This document shows positions 25,992 through 35,721 of a stretch of 42,882 nt of DNA, piece by piece; position 1 is the stretch's first letter; each line of letters begins with the position of its first letter. Origin of the DNA: a virus (Duplodnaviria; Caudoviricetes); the IMG/VR virus record IMGVR_UViG_3300033521_000722, positions 1 to 42,882 of that record, one strand, 5' to 3'. The translations under genes and the position numbers were made by a program. Under the pieces are notes generated by a model that searched no databases, was not told where the DNA came from, and saw only the letters and a list, made by a program, of their open reading frames with translations.

Positions 25992-26027
25992 CCAGGGAGG
26001 AGCCCCCTCCACTCCTCCCTGGATTTT
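25992..26027 (+). terminator. probable terminator after the capsid gene
   Basis: 11-bp stem CCAGGGAGGAG/CTCCTCCCTGG followed by ATTTT. Confidence 0.65.
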
Positions 26028-26064
26028 ATAACTGGAGGGATGAACACTGGAGGGAGAGAAGAAC

Positions 26065-26556
26065 ATGTCTAAGTCGATAAATTATTATTTGTGGAAAGAT
26101 TCGGAGATTCAGGCAGAGCTTGAAAAGTACGGTGTCAAGATTGAGCCCTTCGCCAGGAAGGAAGCAATTACAGCTCTGAAAGCTGCTGTGATGAAAGAAG
26201 AGAAAGCTGGAGAGATACTCACTGAGGACGAGGATGATGATGACAAAGTGAAGGCTCTTGGCATCGATGTTCTCAAGAAAGAGATCCCCAACCTTATGCT
26301 CACCCGTGTGGTCTTTCACAATACGTCAGAGCTGGACCTGCCGTATATCTTTGTTGGTCACAATGGAAGAGCGTTCTATCTTCCACGGGAAGTTGAGATT
26401 GATGTGCCCACGTACATTCTTGACAGCTGTATCAAGGATGCTGTTGAGGACAGGCTTGCCCAGGTAGTTGTTCAGAACGGGGACATCGAATGGAAAGTTC
26501 GGAAGGTTCAAAGGTTTCCGTACTCGATTGTTAAGGGACCGTTCCCTGCCCCATAA
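26065..26556 (+). CDS. conserved phage protein following N4-gp56-type capsid genes (163 aa)
   Basis: GGAGG RBS; FVGHNG...PREVEIDVP...RFPYSIV. Confidence 0.7.
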   Translation: MSKSINYYLWKDSEIQAELEKYGVKIEPFARKEAITALKAAVMKEEKAGEILTEDEDDDDKVKALGIDVLKKEIPNLMLTRVVFHNTSELDLPYIFVGHNGRAFYLPREVEIDVPTYILDSCIKDAVEDRLAQVVVQNGDIEWKVRKVQRFPYSIVKGPFPAP

Positions 26557-26565
26557 GGAGACACA

Positions 26566-27225
26566 ATGGCAAACATTTTAGCTTCAGCAATTGTAGACCA
26601 AGCAGAAGAGATTCTCCAGGATTCCTCCAATACCCGGTGGACTCAAGCAGAGCTGCTGGCTTGGTTGAATCAAGGGATGCGGGTGATCGTAAAAGAGAAG
26701 CCTGATGCTAACCCTTCTGTGTCATCTGTTCTTCTAGCCTCTGGCCTTTGGCAGACACTCCCGACAGGGGGAATCATTCTTCTTGATGCGTTCTGCAACA
26801 TGGGTACCACGGGGACCACGAGAGGGGCACCAGTGACTGTTGTGGATAGAAGGTGGATGGATACCTCGTTGCCCACTTGGACAACAGAGACCGCCAGCAC
26901 AACGGTCAAGCATGTGGTCTACGACCCCAAGACAACCCCGAAGAAGTTTATGGTCTATCCACAGTCTCCGGGGACCAACTATCTTGAGATCGTGGTTGCT
27001 ACCATGCCGACCAGTATTGCTATAGATGCGTCCATCACTCTCGGGGACGAACATGCTGACACTCTTCTGGACTACATTCTGTTCAGAGCGTTCAGCAGGG
27101 ATGCGGACTATGTCCAGAATGCGGAACGTGCTATCGCACATTATCAATCTTTTCTAACGAGCCTCGGCAAGCTAGACCAGATGGAGCTGCTGATAAATGC
27201 TAAACGTGGACAGGGAGGAAAGTAA
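26566..27225 (+). CDS. head-tail adaptor protein (DUF6682-like)
   Basis: LQD..NTRWT.AELL.WLN.G, F.VYP, LDYILFRAFSRDADY motifs; position after the capsid gene. Confidence 0.8.
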   Translation: MANILASAIVDQAEEILQDSSNTRWTQAELLAWLNQGMRVIVKEKPDANPSVSSVLLASGLWQTLPTGGIILLDAFCNMGTTGTTRGAPVTVVDRRWMDTSLPTWTTETASTTVKHVVYDPKTTPKKFMVYPQSPGTNYLEIVVATMPTSIAIDASITLGDEHADTLLDYILFRAFSRDADYVQNAERAIAHYQSFLTSLGKLDQMELLINAKRGQGGK

Positions 27226-27902
27226 TGTCTCAGGCGATTACAACTTTCAAGAAGTATGTTGCTGCTGATGTTCTTCCCTGTCCCGATCCAATAGTGGAAA
27301 GGGAGATACTCAGTGTGATCATTGACTTCTGTGACAAGACACACATCTTGACACGGGAGTTCAACGTGGAGCTGGACTCTGATGACATTGATGAAGACTA
27401 CCAGAACGCAATTGACATACCCCTCGGTGAGTGGCTTACAACGAGCAGACCCGTAACAGTTCTGGAATTCAACCTTGATGGGACAACCTACATTCCAAAG
27501 TACAGGGAGTTGCAGAACACAATTCCAGATGATGTGTGGGAAAGTCTCCACGATGACAACACAATCTATTTCAGTTTCCCATCAACGTCCACAATCAGAA
27601 TCTACGACAGGGAAACCACGGATGAGAACCTGTACATCAGAATGTCAGTGAAACCAACACGGGCAGCTACCACAGTTGACGATTGCTTGCTTGAAGATTG
27701 GGTGGACACCATCGCAGCTGGTGTGAAGTACAAGATCATGTCTATGCCTGGTAAGGAATGGACAGACCCTGCTGGTGCAGCCATGTATTATGTGGAGTAC
27801 AAACGTGGGGTAAGCCGAGCAAGGATGAAGGTACTCAAGGCATTCAGTGGTACACCACTTGAGGTAACTCCAAGACTATTTGGACAAGTTGATTGGGAGT
27901 AA
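27225..27902 (+). CDS. second adaptor / tail tubular protein
   Basis: CPDP......IDFCDKT, KPTRAAT, MPGKEWTDP..A motifs; TAATG-coupled. Confidence 0.7.
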   Translation: MSQAITTFKKYVAADVLPCPDPIVEREILSVIIDFCDKTHILTREFNVELDSDDIDEDYQNAIDIPLGEWLTTSRPVTVLEFNLDGTTYIPKYRELQNTIPDDVWESLHDDNTIYFSFPSTSTIRIYDRETTDENLYIRMSVKPTRAATTVDDCLLEDWVDTIAAGVKYKIMSMPGKEWTDPAGAAMYYVEYKRGVSRARMKVLKAFSGTPLEVTPRLFGQVDWE

Positions 27903-27904
27903 GC

Positions 27905-29518
27905 ATGCCAGCCATATCTGTTACCAACTTTGCGGGAACATTTCCAATAAAGAACCCCAAGAACTTGGAGGTCAATCAGGCTCAGACTGCAAGCAATGTT
28001 GATCTCTCAAGGGGTGATCTTAGGAGCATGTCAGGTATTACAGCTGTGTCTACTCTTGCTACCACTCTTCCGAAGACATTGTGGAGATGCGGGAGCAGCT
28101 GGATAACTCTTGGGACAGGTGTCACTGCGTATGTAGTTGACAGCTTCATTCAGGAATCACTCAACAGGTTTTATTTTTCAGACGGTACTTTTCCTAAACA
28201 GTCAAACAGTACTCTGTGGGGTACTGCAACATCATATAGACTTGGTGTCACCCCTCCAGCTGTGGCTCCTACTCTGACTATCACGGGCACGGGAGACGGA
28301 ACAACCCAAGCCACTGTGAGCTATGTGTTCACAATGGTTACAGCTTGGGGTGAGGAATCAGCTCCGTCACCTGCAACAGCTGTGATAGATGTTGAGAACG
28401 GAGAGGGTGTAAACCTCAGCGTCCTGACAACCCCGACAGACACTGCCAACAATTTTCAGTACAAGAGGATCTACAGGCTTGCTTCTGGAACAACAGGAGC
28501 GGAGTACTGCTACCTTGATCAGATTGCATTTGCCAACACAACGTACTCTGATTACAACGCAGGTTCCTTGAAGACTGTTAGCACAGATGTTCTCGAAACA
28601 ACGGATTGGGCTGTTCCACCCACAGCTCTGCTGTATTTGACACAGGCTCACAATGGTATGCTCATTGGTGCTTACGGGAAAGACATGTACGTTTCCGAGC
28701 CCTTTGTCCCTTATGCGTACCCGACAGACTATGTGGTCAGTGTTGACAGTGACATAACTGGAATAGGGGCAACAAAAGAGTTTATCCTGATTCTGTCTTC
28801 AAGCTTTCCTTACATCGTTACGGGGGCTACACCAGATTCGCTGGTCAGCACAGCTGTGCCAATCAGCACAAAGTGTATGTCACAGCGTGGGGTAGTGAGT
28901 ACCGCAGATGGGGTTTACTACCCAGCATCGGATGGGCTTTACTTCTGCAATGGCTCCTCTGTTGTTTGTGTCACAGCTAACACATACACAGGAGCACAGT
29001 GGACTGCTCTCGGTCCATCAAACTTTATAGCTGAGTGGTACGGGGATTGCTACACCGCATTCGTTGCTGGCTCAAACACAGGGATCAGTGTTGACCCTCA
29101 GACAGGAGAGGTCACAACTTTTACGATCCCCTCCACGATCACAGTGGTGAGGGACGTTTACCATTACTCAACAGACGACACGCTCTACGTGTTGGGAACT
29201 GACAACAGCGGTGTCAACTCGTACATCATTTCCTTTGACACCAATGCAACGGGGCTGACGTTCACCTGGAAGTCTAAGAAGTTTGTGAGCCCTGACAAGT
29301 TCAACTGCGCCAAGGTCAAGGGCAACTACGGAGCTGGTTCACTGACATTCAAATACTACCTCAATGGTTCTGAGAAGCTGAGCAAGTCACTCACAGCTGA
29401 GGGTATTTTCAGGTTGCCCTCTGACTGTGGTGCAACAGATAAAGAGTTCCAGCTGTCTGGAACGCTCACGTCTGTGGACTCTGTACAATTAGCAACAAGT
29501 GCTTCGGAGCTGGTATAA
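27905..29518 (+). CDS. tail nozzle / DNA-stabilisation protein (537 aa)
   Basis: GGGAG before ATG 27905; beta-rich, SEPF.PYAYP, YYPASDGL, FTWKSKKF; podovirus tail-gene order. Confidence 0.75.
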   Translation: MPAISVTNFAGTFPIKNPKNLEVNQAQTASNVDLSRGDLRSMSGITAVSTLATTLPKTLWRCGSSWITLGTGVTAYVVDSFIQESLNRFYFSDGTFPKQSNSTLWGTATSYRLGVTPPAVAPTLTITGTGDGTTQATVSYVFTMVTAWGEESAPSPATAVIDVENGEGVNLSVLTTPTDTANNFQYKRIYRLASGTTGAEYCYLDQIAFANTTYSDYNAGSLKTVSTDVLETTDWAVPPTALLYLTQAHNGMLIGAYGKDMYVSEPFVPYAYPTDYVVSVDSDITGIGATKEFILILSSSFPYIVTGATPDSLVSTAVPISTKCMSQRGVVSTADGVYYPASDGLYFCNGSSVVCVTANTYTGAQWTALGPSNFIAEWYGDCYTAFVAGSNTGISVDPQTGEVTTFTIPSTITVVRDVYHYSTDDTLYVLGTDNSGVNSYIISFDTNATGLTFTWKSKKFVSPDKFNCAKVKGNYGAGSLTFKYYLNGSEKLSKSLTAEGIFRLPSDCGATDKEFQLSGTLTSVDSVQLATSASELV

Positions 29519-30627
29519 TGGCAAGTTCAACTCCATCAAGTGCGTATCGTGGTTTACCCGCAGCTGATCATCCTGACTTCAACAGAGCTGTAAAGGAGAT
29601 CATCGAGACGATGCTTGGTCAGCGTGGGAACGAAGCTGACAGGATGGTCACGCTCCGTGACATGGCAAGTTCAAGTCTCGTAAATTATCTGCAAGAGTCT
29701 GGAGCTGAGATTCTCGGTGACACCCCGGACCTCACGGCTCCACCTCCTCCGACAGACTTGAAGCAGGTCATAGACACTGACGCAGGAAGGATAGGTGCAT
29801 TCAATCACCTTGTTACCTGGACAAATCCGACTTCTTCCACAGAGCTGATTTCCCATTACGAAGTATGGATAGCAACATCTGCCAGTAGAAGTGCAGCTGT
29901 TCAAACAGGCATTGTCACATACCCACAACATGAGTACCTGCACTCAAACGTAGACCCGACCAAGGATTACTGGTACTGGGTAAGGGCCATGTCTTGGGAC
30001 GGTGTTGCATCAACATGGGAGCCCACAAGCGCAGTCAACGGGTACTTGGTCTATGGTGTTGATAGTATACAGACCACCATTAACAATCTCATGACTGCTC
30101 TCAAGGGCACGTCTCCAGCTGCGTACAATGCTGGGACAACGTATCAGATTGATGACCGGGTAAGCTACACATGCACGGACAGTCAGATCAGGGTCTATCG
30201 CTGTATCCATGCTGACACGCTGGCGCAAGCACCATCCTCTGGAACACCACCCGTTACAAACTCTCACTACTGGGAGAGAAGTGGAATCCTCACAACTGGT
30301 GACGTTGGTGGTGAGGCGATGGTTGGGATTGATGGGAACATGGTTGTCGATGGGACGATAGTCACAGACAACCTTGATGCGAGCTGTGTCACAGCTGACA
30401 AGATTGCAGCTCTGGCTGTTACAGCCGGGAAGATAGATGCAGATGCAGTGACAGCAACGGAGATCAACGTTGCAACGCTGTCAGCAATAGCAGCTGACTT
30501 TGGGACTATCACAGCTGGGGTTGCACAGTCTAGTGATGCACAGTTCAAGATTGACCTGACAAACAAGTGGCTGAAGATTTGGGATGACGCTGACGTTCTC
30601 AGAGTGCATCTCGGTTACATTCCTTAG
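29518..30627 (+). CDS. tail tip/fibre protein with FN3-like and CBM-like modules
   Basis: YWYWVRA (FN3-like); YNAGTTYQIDDRVSY...YRCI...YWE (CBM-like); GIDGNMVVDGTI, VTADKI repeats, LSAI.ADFGTITAG. Confidence 0.7.
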   Translation: MASSTPSSAYRGLPAADHPDFNRAVKEIIETMLGQRGNEADRMVTLRDMASSSLVNYLQESGAEILGDTPDLTAPPPPTDLKQVIDTDAGRIGAFNHLVTWTNPTSSTELISHYEVWIATSASRSAAVQTGIVTYPQHEYLHSNVDPTKDYWYWVRAMSWDGVASTWEPTSAVNGYLVYGVDSIQTTINNLMTALKGTSPAAYNAGTTYQIDDRVSYTCTDSQIRVYRCIHADTLAQAPSSGTPPVTNSHYWERSGILTTGDVGGEAMVGIDGNMVVDGTIVTDNLDASCVTADKIAALAVTAGKIDADAVTATEINVATLSAIAADFGTITAGVAQSSDAQFKIDLTNKWLKIWDDADVLRVHLGYIP

Positions 30628-30639
30628 AGTGGGTGAAGC

Positions 30640-31017
30640 ATGGCTACAAAATATATTCCTGATGCTGGTCTCGAAGACATATTGGACTACATCGTTTCCA
30701 ATTGTGATCGACTTTGTCTGTGCAGTGCTGAGCCCGATACTTACACCAAGGCGACAGTAACGTATGTGCTTGGGGTCAAGTCAATCTCTAATTCAGACTT
30801 TGCTGCTTACCATGATGTCACTGGTGGAAGGAGAACCTACTTACTACCTCTCACTGCAATACCAATTGACACAGCAGGAACAATCACCTATCTAGCAATC
30901 GTGGACACCTCCACATCAACCCTGCTTGCTTATTGGGCTTGTACTTCGACAGCGGTTACTGCTGATGACAGTGTGACAACAACGGCAGCATATATACAAG
31001 TGAATGATCCTGTGTAA
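30640..31017 (+). CDS. putative tail-associated structural protein (125 aa)
   Basis: LD.I....D.L.LCSAEP.TY...DF......GRR pattern; lies in the tail block. Confidence 0.6.
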   Translation: MATKYIPDAGLEDILDYIVSNCDRLCLCSAEPDTYTKATVTYVLGVKSISNSDFAAYHDVTGGRRTYLLPLTAIPIDTAGTITYLAIVDTSTSTLLAYWACTSTAVTADDSVTTTAAYIQVNDPV

Positions 31018-31026
31018 GGAAAAGCA

Positions 31027-32097
31027 ATGGCAGCTCCGTCAATTGTTCAATACAAAGATACAACAGCAGCAGCCACAACCTCTATAACACAAGGGGCTTG
31101 GGGTACAACACCCACTGAGGGTAACCTGCTCATTCAATTTGCAGTGCTTGATTGGCCTACGTCTTCCTTTGCAAGGGACGCAACTGTAGGTGAAAATTGG
31201 ACACTGGCATGGGGCAGTGTTGTTGTCACCGTTTACGGTTTAGCCACAGCTGTGTATTGGAAGGTTGCTGAGGGTGGGACCAAGGATGCCTTCAAGATGA
31301 CTTGGACAGGCAGTCATAATGCCAGCCTCAAATCTTATGAGGTAAGCGGTGCAATATATCTGGATGCTACAAGGTATTACAATGCCAACAGCAGCACATG
31401 GACAGTGGCTTCACATACCACAATTACCTCGGGAGACCAGAAATGGTTTGCAGTAGCTTTTTTGTTGGATGAAAACCCAACTGTCAGCACAAAGCCAACT
31501 GACTTTGATTGGACCTCAGAGGCTGAGGGGACACTCGATGGTCCTGATGCAACTAATGGACCATCAATTGTCATAACACACCATGACCATAATGCTGAAT
31601 CGTTCAACCCATCTGAGTACACGGGTGGGACAAACTGTGCCTGGGTAACGTACACCTGTGCATGCAGTGCTACAATACCGATCTCGCTTCCATCCGGGTT
31701 ACCAGAAGAATCCCCACTTCTGGTCACAACCTCAATAACAGGGGGTGACATTACAAAGGATAAAAAGTACGGACTCAAATGCTGGGACTCAGTTGGTAAT
31801 GTGACTCTTGACTTGACAGGGTCTTACCCATCCTTTGCATTTCATAAAATAATTACAGCTGGGGATGAAGACAGTGAAGACCATCCTGAGCTGGAGGGGT
31901 ACAAAAAGATTACGATAGGCATTCCGATAGAAACAGCTGGGCAGCACACGCTAGGTGCTCCAGTGTATTGCCATTGGCACAGCGAAACAGAATTCGATTG
32001 GCACCCATATCCAACTGGGTTCGGAGAGGGGGACATACCAGACTGTGACACACTGGTTTATGTTTTTATCTACGGAGGCGCATACGTTGGGTCATGA
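31027..32097 (+). CDS. putative receptor-binding/tail-tip accessory protein (356 aa)
   Basis: AAGGA RBS; beta-rich N-domain and a C-domain starting YGLKCWDSVGNVTLD. Confidence 0.6.
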   Translation: MAAPSIVQYKDTTAAATTSITQGAWGTTPTEGNLLIQFAVLDWPTSSFARDATVGENWTLAWGSVVVTVYGLATAVYWKVAEGGTKDAFKMTWTGSHNASLKSYEVSGAIYLDATRYYNANSSTWTVASHTTITSGDQKWFAVAFLLDENPTVSTKPTDFDWTSEAEGTLDGPDATNGPSIVITHHDHNAESFNPSEYTGGTNCAWVTYTCACSATIPISLPSGLPEESPLLVTTSITGGDITKDKKYGLKCWDSVGNVTLDLTGSYPSFAFHKIITAGDEDSEDHPELEGYKKITIGIPIETAGQHTLGAPVYCHWHSETEFDWHPYPTGFGEGDIPDCDTLVYVFIYGGAYVGS

Positions 32098-32804
32098 GTA
32101 GCTGGGGATTGGAAGTTCATAATGTATCTGGTGATGCGACTATCAGTACCATCAGACCACAGTTCAAGGTGTACGAGGAAGGTGACTTCACAGCAACCGG
32201 GGTAGGTACACAGATTGGTGTGGAGTACATAGAATTCTCTAGCTCTACGACAAAGGTTCCGCTTGTTGCCCTCAACTTTCCAGAGGACTCAGGGGAAGAA
32301 ATGTTTGCTGGTGTCAAGAGCATAGTGATGAGTGGTTCTGATTTTATAGGATTTAACCTGGCATACATGTCTGCACCTAGTGGGTCTCACCAGCCAGTAA
32401 ACTGGAGGGTGTATACCCCAATGGAAAACAGCGATGCTGTTTCTGGTTCGTATGGTCTCAACCTCTATGGGGCAGATGGTAACTTGACCTGGAGCAGCTC
32501 TGCTAATATGATGCGTATTGTCGCAACGGACTACGATGTTGGCAGCTCTGGTATTTGGGGTTGGAAGCAGCCCTGTGTGAATTCTTGGAGCAATTATTTT
32601 GTTATTCGGGGTACTGAGTATAAGTGTAGGTATGGTGTAAATCAAGCTTCCGTAATGACGATAAGCAGTCATGGGACTGATTCAAAGTATGTGTGGACTG
32701 CAACCTATATGACTGACGATGATGCGTCTCTGGCAGGTCTAACAGGTGAGCTGTGGAGCTGGCAGTCTTACAGAAATGTTTGGGAGCTATCCACAGTACA
32801 CTAA
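32094..32804 (+). CDS. putative tail-tip accessory protein (236 aa)
   Basis: WGLEVHN.SG and YGLNLYGADG....SS internal repeat typical of tail-tip proteins; ATGA-coupled. Confidence 0.65.
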   Translation: MSSWGLEVHNVSGDATISTIRPQFKVYEEGDFTATGVGTQIGVEYIEFSSSTTKVPLVALNFPEDSGEEMFAGVKSIVMSGSDFIGFNLAYMSAPSGSHQPVNWRVYTPMENSDAVSGSYGLNLYGADGNLTWSSSANMMRIVATDYDVGSSGIWGWKQPCVNSWSNYFVIRGTEYKCRYGVNQASVMTISSHGTDSKYVWTATYMTDDDASLAGLTGELWSWQSYRNVWELSTVH

Positions 32805-32821
32805 GATTTGGAGGGGGGAGA

Positions 32822-33379
32822 ATGAAGTACAGGTTTGTGCCGTACACTACGGTTGATGGTATTCCGACATTCAAAGATTCAGACATTCTCGGTTTGTACA
32901 GAAGAGTATATGAAGAGGGGCTAGGTGATCAGCTGTTCTATGATGGATCGATCAAAGACGAACAGCAGTTCTTACAGCTCATGAAAAGTCCAGGCGCAAT
33001 CTTGCACGTTGTCCTGGCTCCTGATGACCACCCCGTTGCAATGTGGTGGTTGAATAGACTTGAGAGAACACATGCCACATGTCACTTCACTTTATTTGTA
33101 GAGCTGTTCGGAACGAAGGACCGAGTGCCAATTGGCAAAGAGGCAATGAGAATTTGTTTCGACCACCTTGGCTACGAGGTGATCATGGGCATGACACCGA
33201 GTGATAACAAGTTTGCACTCGGGTATGCGAGAAAGGTTGGCTTCAAAGAAGTTGGTGAGGTGCCTCACTACCTTTGGAGCAAGGAAGGTCACAGTATCAC
33301 ATGCACTATGCAATACATTACAAGGAAGGATCTGAGAGATGAGAGTTCACCAAGTGATGATGAACAGCTTGACGGGTGA
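32822..33379 (+). CDS. GNAT-fold (N-acetyltransferase-like) protein (185 aa)
   Basis: GGAGGGGGGAG before ATG 32822; GMTP.DN..A..YA.KVGF..VG motif; sits before ejection genes as in other podoviruses. Confidence 0.7.
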   Translation: MKYRFVPYTTVDGIPTFKDSDILGLYRRVYEEGLGDQLFYDGSIKDEQQFLQLMKSPGAILHVVLAPDDHPVAMWWLNRLERTHATCHFTLFVELFGTKDRVPIGKEAMRICFDHLGYEVIMGMTPSDNKFALGYARKVGFKEVGEVPHYLWSKEGHSITCTMQYITRKDLRDESSPSDDEQLDG

Positions 33380-33998
33380 GATTCTGGAAGGCGAGGTGTT
33401 CGGGCCTTGTGTGCGGTTCAAGGGTGGTGGGAGTTCCACCTCAACAACGGTGAACACACCTGACTACGCATACAATGCGAGGATGGCAACGGTTGCTGAG
33501 AAGGAGCAGAACATCGCTGACGAGTACTTCAAGTTTTATGAGAGCTACTATCAGCCGATGGAGAAGGAACAGATTGCGTCCAACCGTGCACTCATCCCAG
33601 CGCAGACAGAGACAGAGCTGCAAAAGTTGAACACAGCTCAGGGCATTCTTGGCAACATCAGGGAAGAGACACAGCTGGCTAAGCCTGTGATGGCTGAGTA
33701 CTACAAGCAAGCACTGAAGGGGATCAACCCCGAGGAGAAAGTGCAGCAAGCCAGAGCTGACATTGCCAGTTCCTTCGCTGACGAAGAGGCAGGTCTCAGG
33801 AGAGAAGCGGGTAGGCTTGGCATAGACCCGAACAGCAACAGGTTCATGGGAGCTATGGCTAACAGGGGCATAGAGAAAGCAAAGGCAATTGGTACTGCAT
33901 CCAACCAAGCAAGGAATCAGGTTGAGCAGATCAACTTCGCAAGGCTGTCCGAAGCTAACCAGATGAACAAACGAAACATCGGAATAGGGGGTGTGTAA
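33339..33998 (+). CDS. probable ejection (internal virion) protein
   Basis: FKGGGSSTSTT motif followed by A/Q/E-rich helices, RLGIDPNS.RF; position. Confidence 0.65.
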   Translation: MRVHQVMMNSLTGEILEGEVFGPCVRFKGGGSSTSTTVNTPDYAYNARMATVAEKEQNIADEYFKFYESYYQPMEKEQIASNRALIPAQTETELQKLNTAQGILGNIREETQLAKPVMAEYYKQALKGINPEEKVQQARADIASSFADEEAGLRREAGRLGIDPNSNRFMGAMANRGIEKAKAIGTASNQARNQVEQINFARLSEANQMNKRNIGIGGV

Positions 33999-34366
33999 TG
34001 GCACTTGGACTTTACAATGTCAGCAACCCGTTGGACAAGGCTGCGACAGTACAGCACGGTGTTGGGCAGACAATGGCTGCGATGTCAAAGGGTGGCTCTT
34101 CCACTACAAACACACAGACTAAGTCTTCTGGTAGTGGAATCATGGGCATCATTGGTGCGGGTCTCGCAGTAGGTAGTGCCCTCATAAGTGGTGGCTCAAC
34201 TCTTGGGTTGGTTCTCGGCACAGCTGGGAAAGCTATCGGCAGTGCAATTGGTGGGAACAAAGACGAGAGCATTGCTGCTTCTGGTGGTGGGGGGATGGTT
34301 GATGAAAGCACGGGCTGGTTCGGTTTGTCCAAACTGAAGAACCAACGTCCCGGTGATATGAGATAA
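33998..34366 (+). CDS. probable small ejection protein with Gly-zipper hydrophobic segment
   Basis: GIMGIIGAGLAVGSALISGG...IGSAIGG; TAATG-coupled. Confidence 0.65.
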   Translation: MALGLYNVSNPLDKAATVQHGVGQTMAAMSKGGSSTTNTQTKSSGSGIMGIIGAGLAVGSALISGGSTLGLVLGTAGKAIGSAIGGNKDESIAASGGGGMVDESTGWFGLSKLKNQRPGDMR

Positions 34367-34377
34367 GGGGGAAGATC

Positions 34378-35709
34378 ATGGGCAACTCTCACGATGACAG
34401 CAGCGAGATCAGAGATTGGCAGATCATAGGTCAGATGGCTACAGGTCTGTTCGACCAAGTAAAGAAGAACAGAGATGAGGCTGACGTAAAGACGTACTCA
34501 CAAGAGTTTGGGAAAGACCCCAACTTCAGGCCAGACTACAATGACCCAGGATTCAATCCCAAGGCTTTCAGCTTGGCAAGAGCCGAGCACATCAACCAGC
34601 TCACTCAAGACGAGAACATAAAGAAGGCTCGTCACGAGACCTGGAAGCAGGACATTGATAAGAAGATGGTCCTTGCACACGAGACCTTTGCGAAAGCACT
34701 GTCACTGTTTGACGAGGACAATCCTGATGAAGCTCTCCCATATGTTGAGAAAGCATTTGAGTTTGTGAACACAAACAGTGACATCAAGTTTGGCGCAGAC
34801 AAGAAAAGTTATATTGAGGTTAACAACCTCACAGGAGAAGAGACACCTCATAACTTCAAGAGCACTCGTGACATGTTCAGCAAGTTTCAAAACTATGCCT
34901 TGGGTCTCAAAGACCCGAAGGTGTTTGCAGCAAATCATGTCATGTCTTCTGACGAGGCAACGAAACATAACATCGCAGCGATCTCTGCTGCAACTGAGGT
35001 GTTCGACAAGAGCGGAAATCGTGCTCTGCTTGTCAAGAACATGGTGGACGTTGACACCGGGAAACCCCTTGGAGACATGATTGATCTCGGTAACGAGAAC
35101 TATATACCAGCCAACAGCGATGAGGGACGTGCATTCAGGTCACTGAAGTCCACGGGTGATGAACTCAAGAATCAGGAAACCAAAGCAGGTATCGGATTGA
35201 AGGAAGCTGAGAGATTCAAAACTATACAGGAAGGTCTCAAAGAATCTAGAACATCTCCAGAGGACAAGAACCTAAGTCCAGAGGACAAGCTTGCTCGTGG
35301 GCTTGCAAGAGACCACGGGGTTAGCAAACAGGCTGCTGATGAGTATGTCATGGCGATGAAAGAGAACAACCCGAAGCTCAGGATAATTACTGATGCTCTC
35401 AAAGAAGATTCAGATCTCACACTCAGCAGCCCTTCGATTCAACAGAAAATCAAAGAGGCTGGGCTGGAAGACTACTTCAGCAGTGCATCACTTGGTGATC
35501 ATCTCAAAAAGATAGATGAGAAATACAAGAAGGGGAAGGGGAAGGGAATCCAAGCTGACCCCAAGGCACCAAAACCACAACCGCTGAGCAAAGATGAACA
35601 GGCTGGCATCAAGAAAATGATGGCTGACCTGAAGGCACAGGGGAAGGGTAAGACTGAGGCAATAAAGATTATTCTGGAAAAGAATCCTAACCTGAAAGGT
35701 CGAATCTAA
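34378..35709 (+). CDS. probable ejection protein (443 aa)
   Basis: Charged helical protein between the small ejection protein and the giant ORF; GGGGGA RBS. Confidence 0.6.
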   Translation: MGNSHDDSSEIRDWQIIGQMATGLFDQVKKNRDEADVKTYSQEFGKDPNFRPDYNDPGFNPKAFSLARAEHINQLTQDENIKKARHETWKQDIDKKMVLAHETFAKALSLFDEDNPDEALPYVEKAFEFVNTNSDIKFGADKKSYIEVNNLTGEETPHNFKSTRDMFSKFQNYALGLKDPKVFAANHVMSSDEATKHNIAAISAATEVFDKSGNRALLVKNMVDVDTGKPLGDMIDLGNENYIPANSDEGRAFRSLKSTGDELKNQETKAGIGLKEAERFKTIQEGLKESRTSPEDKNLSPEDKLARGLARDHGVSKQAADEYVMAMKENNPKLRIITDALKEDSDLTLSSPSIQQKIKEAGLEDYFSSASLGDHLKKIDEKYKKGKGKGIQADPKAPKPQPLSKDEQAGIKKMMADLKAQGKGKTEAIKIILEKNPNLKGRI

Positions 35710-35721
35710 CGAGGTGACAGC

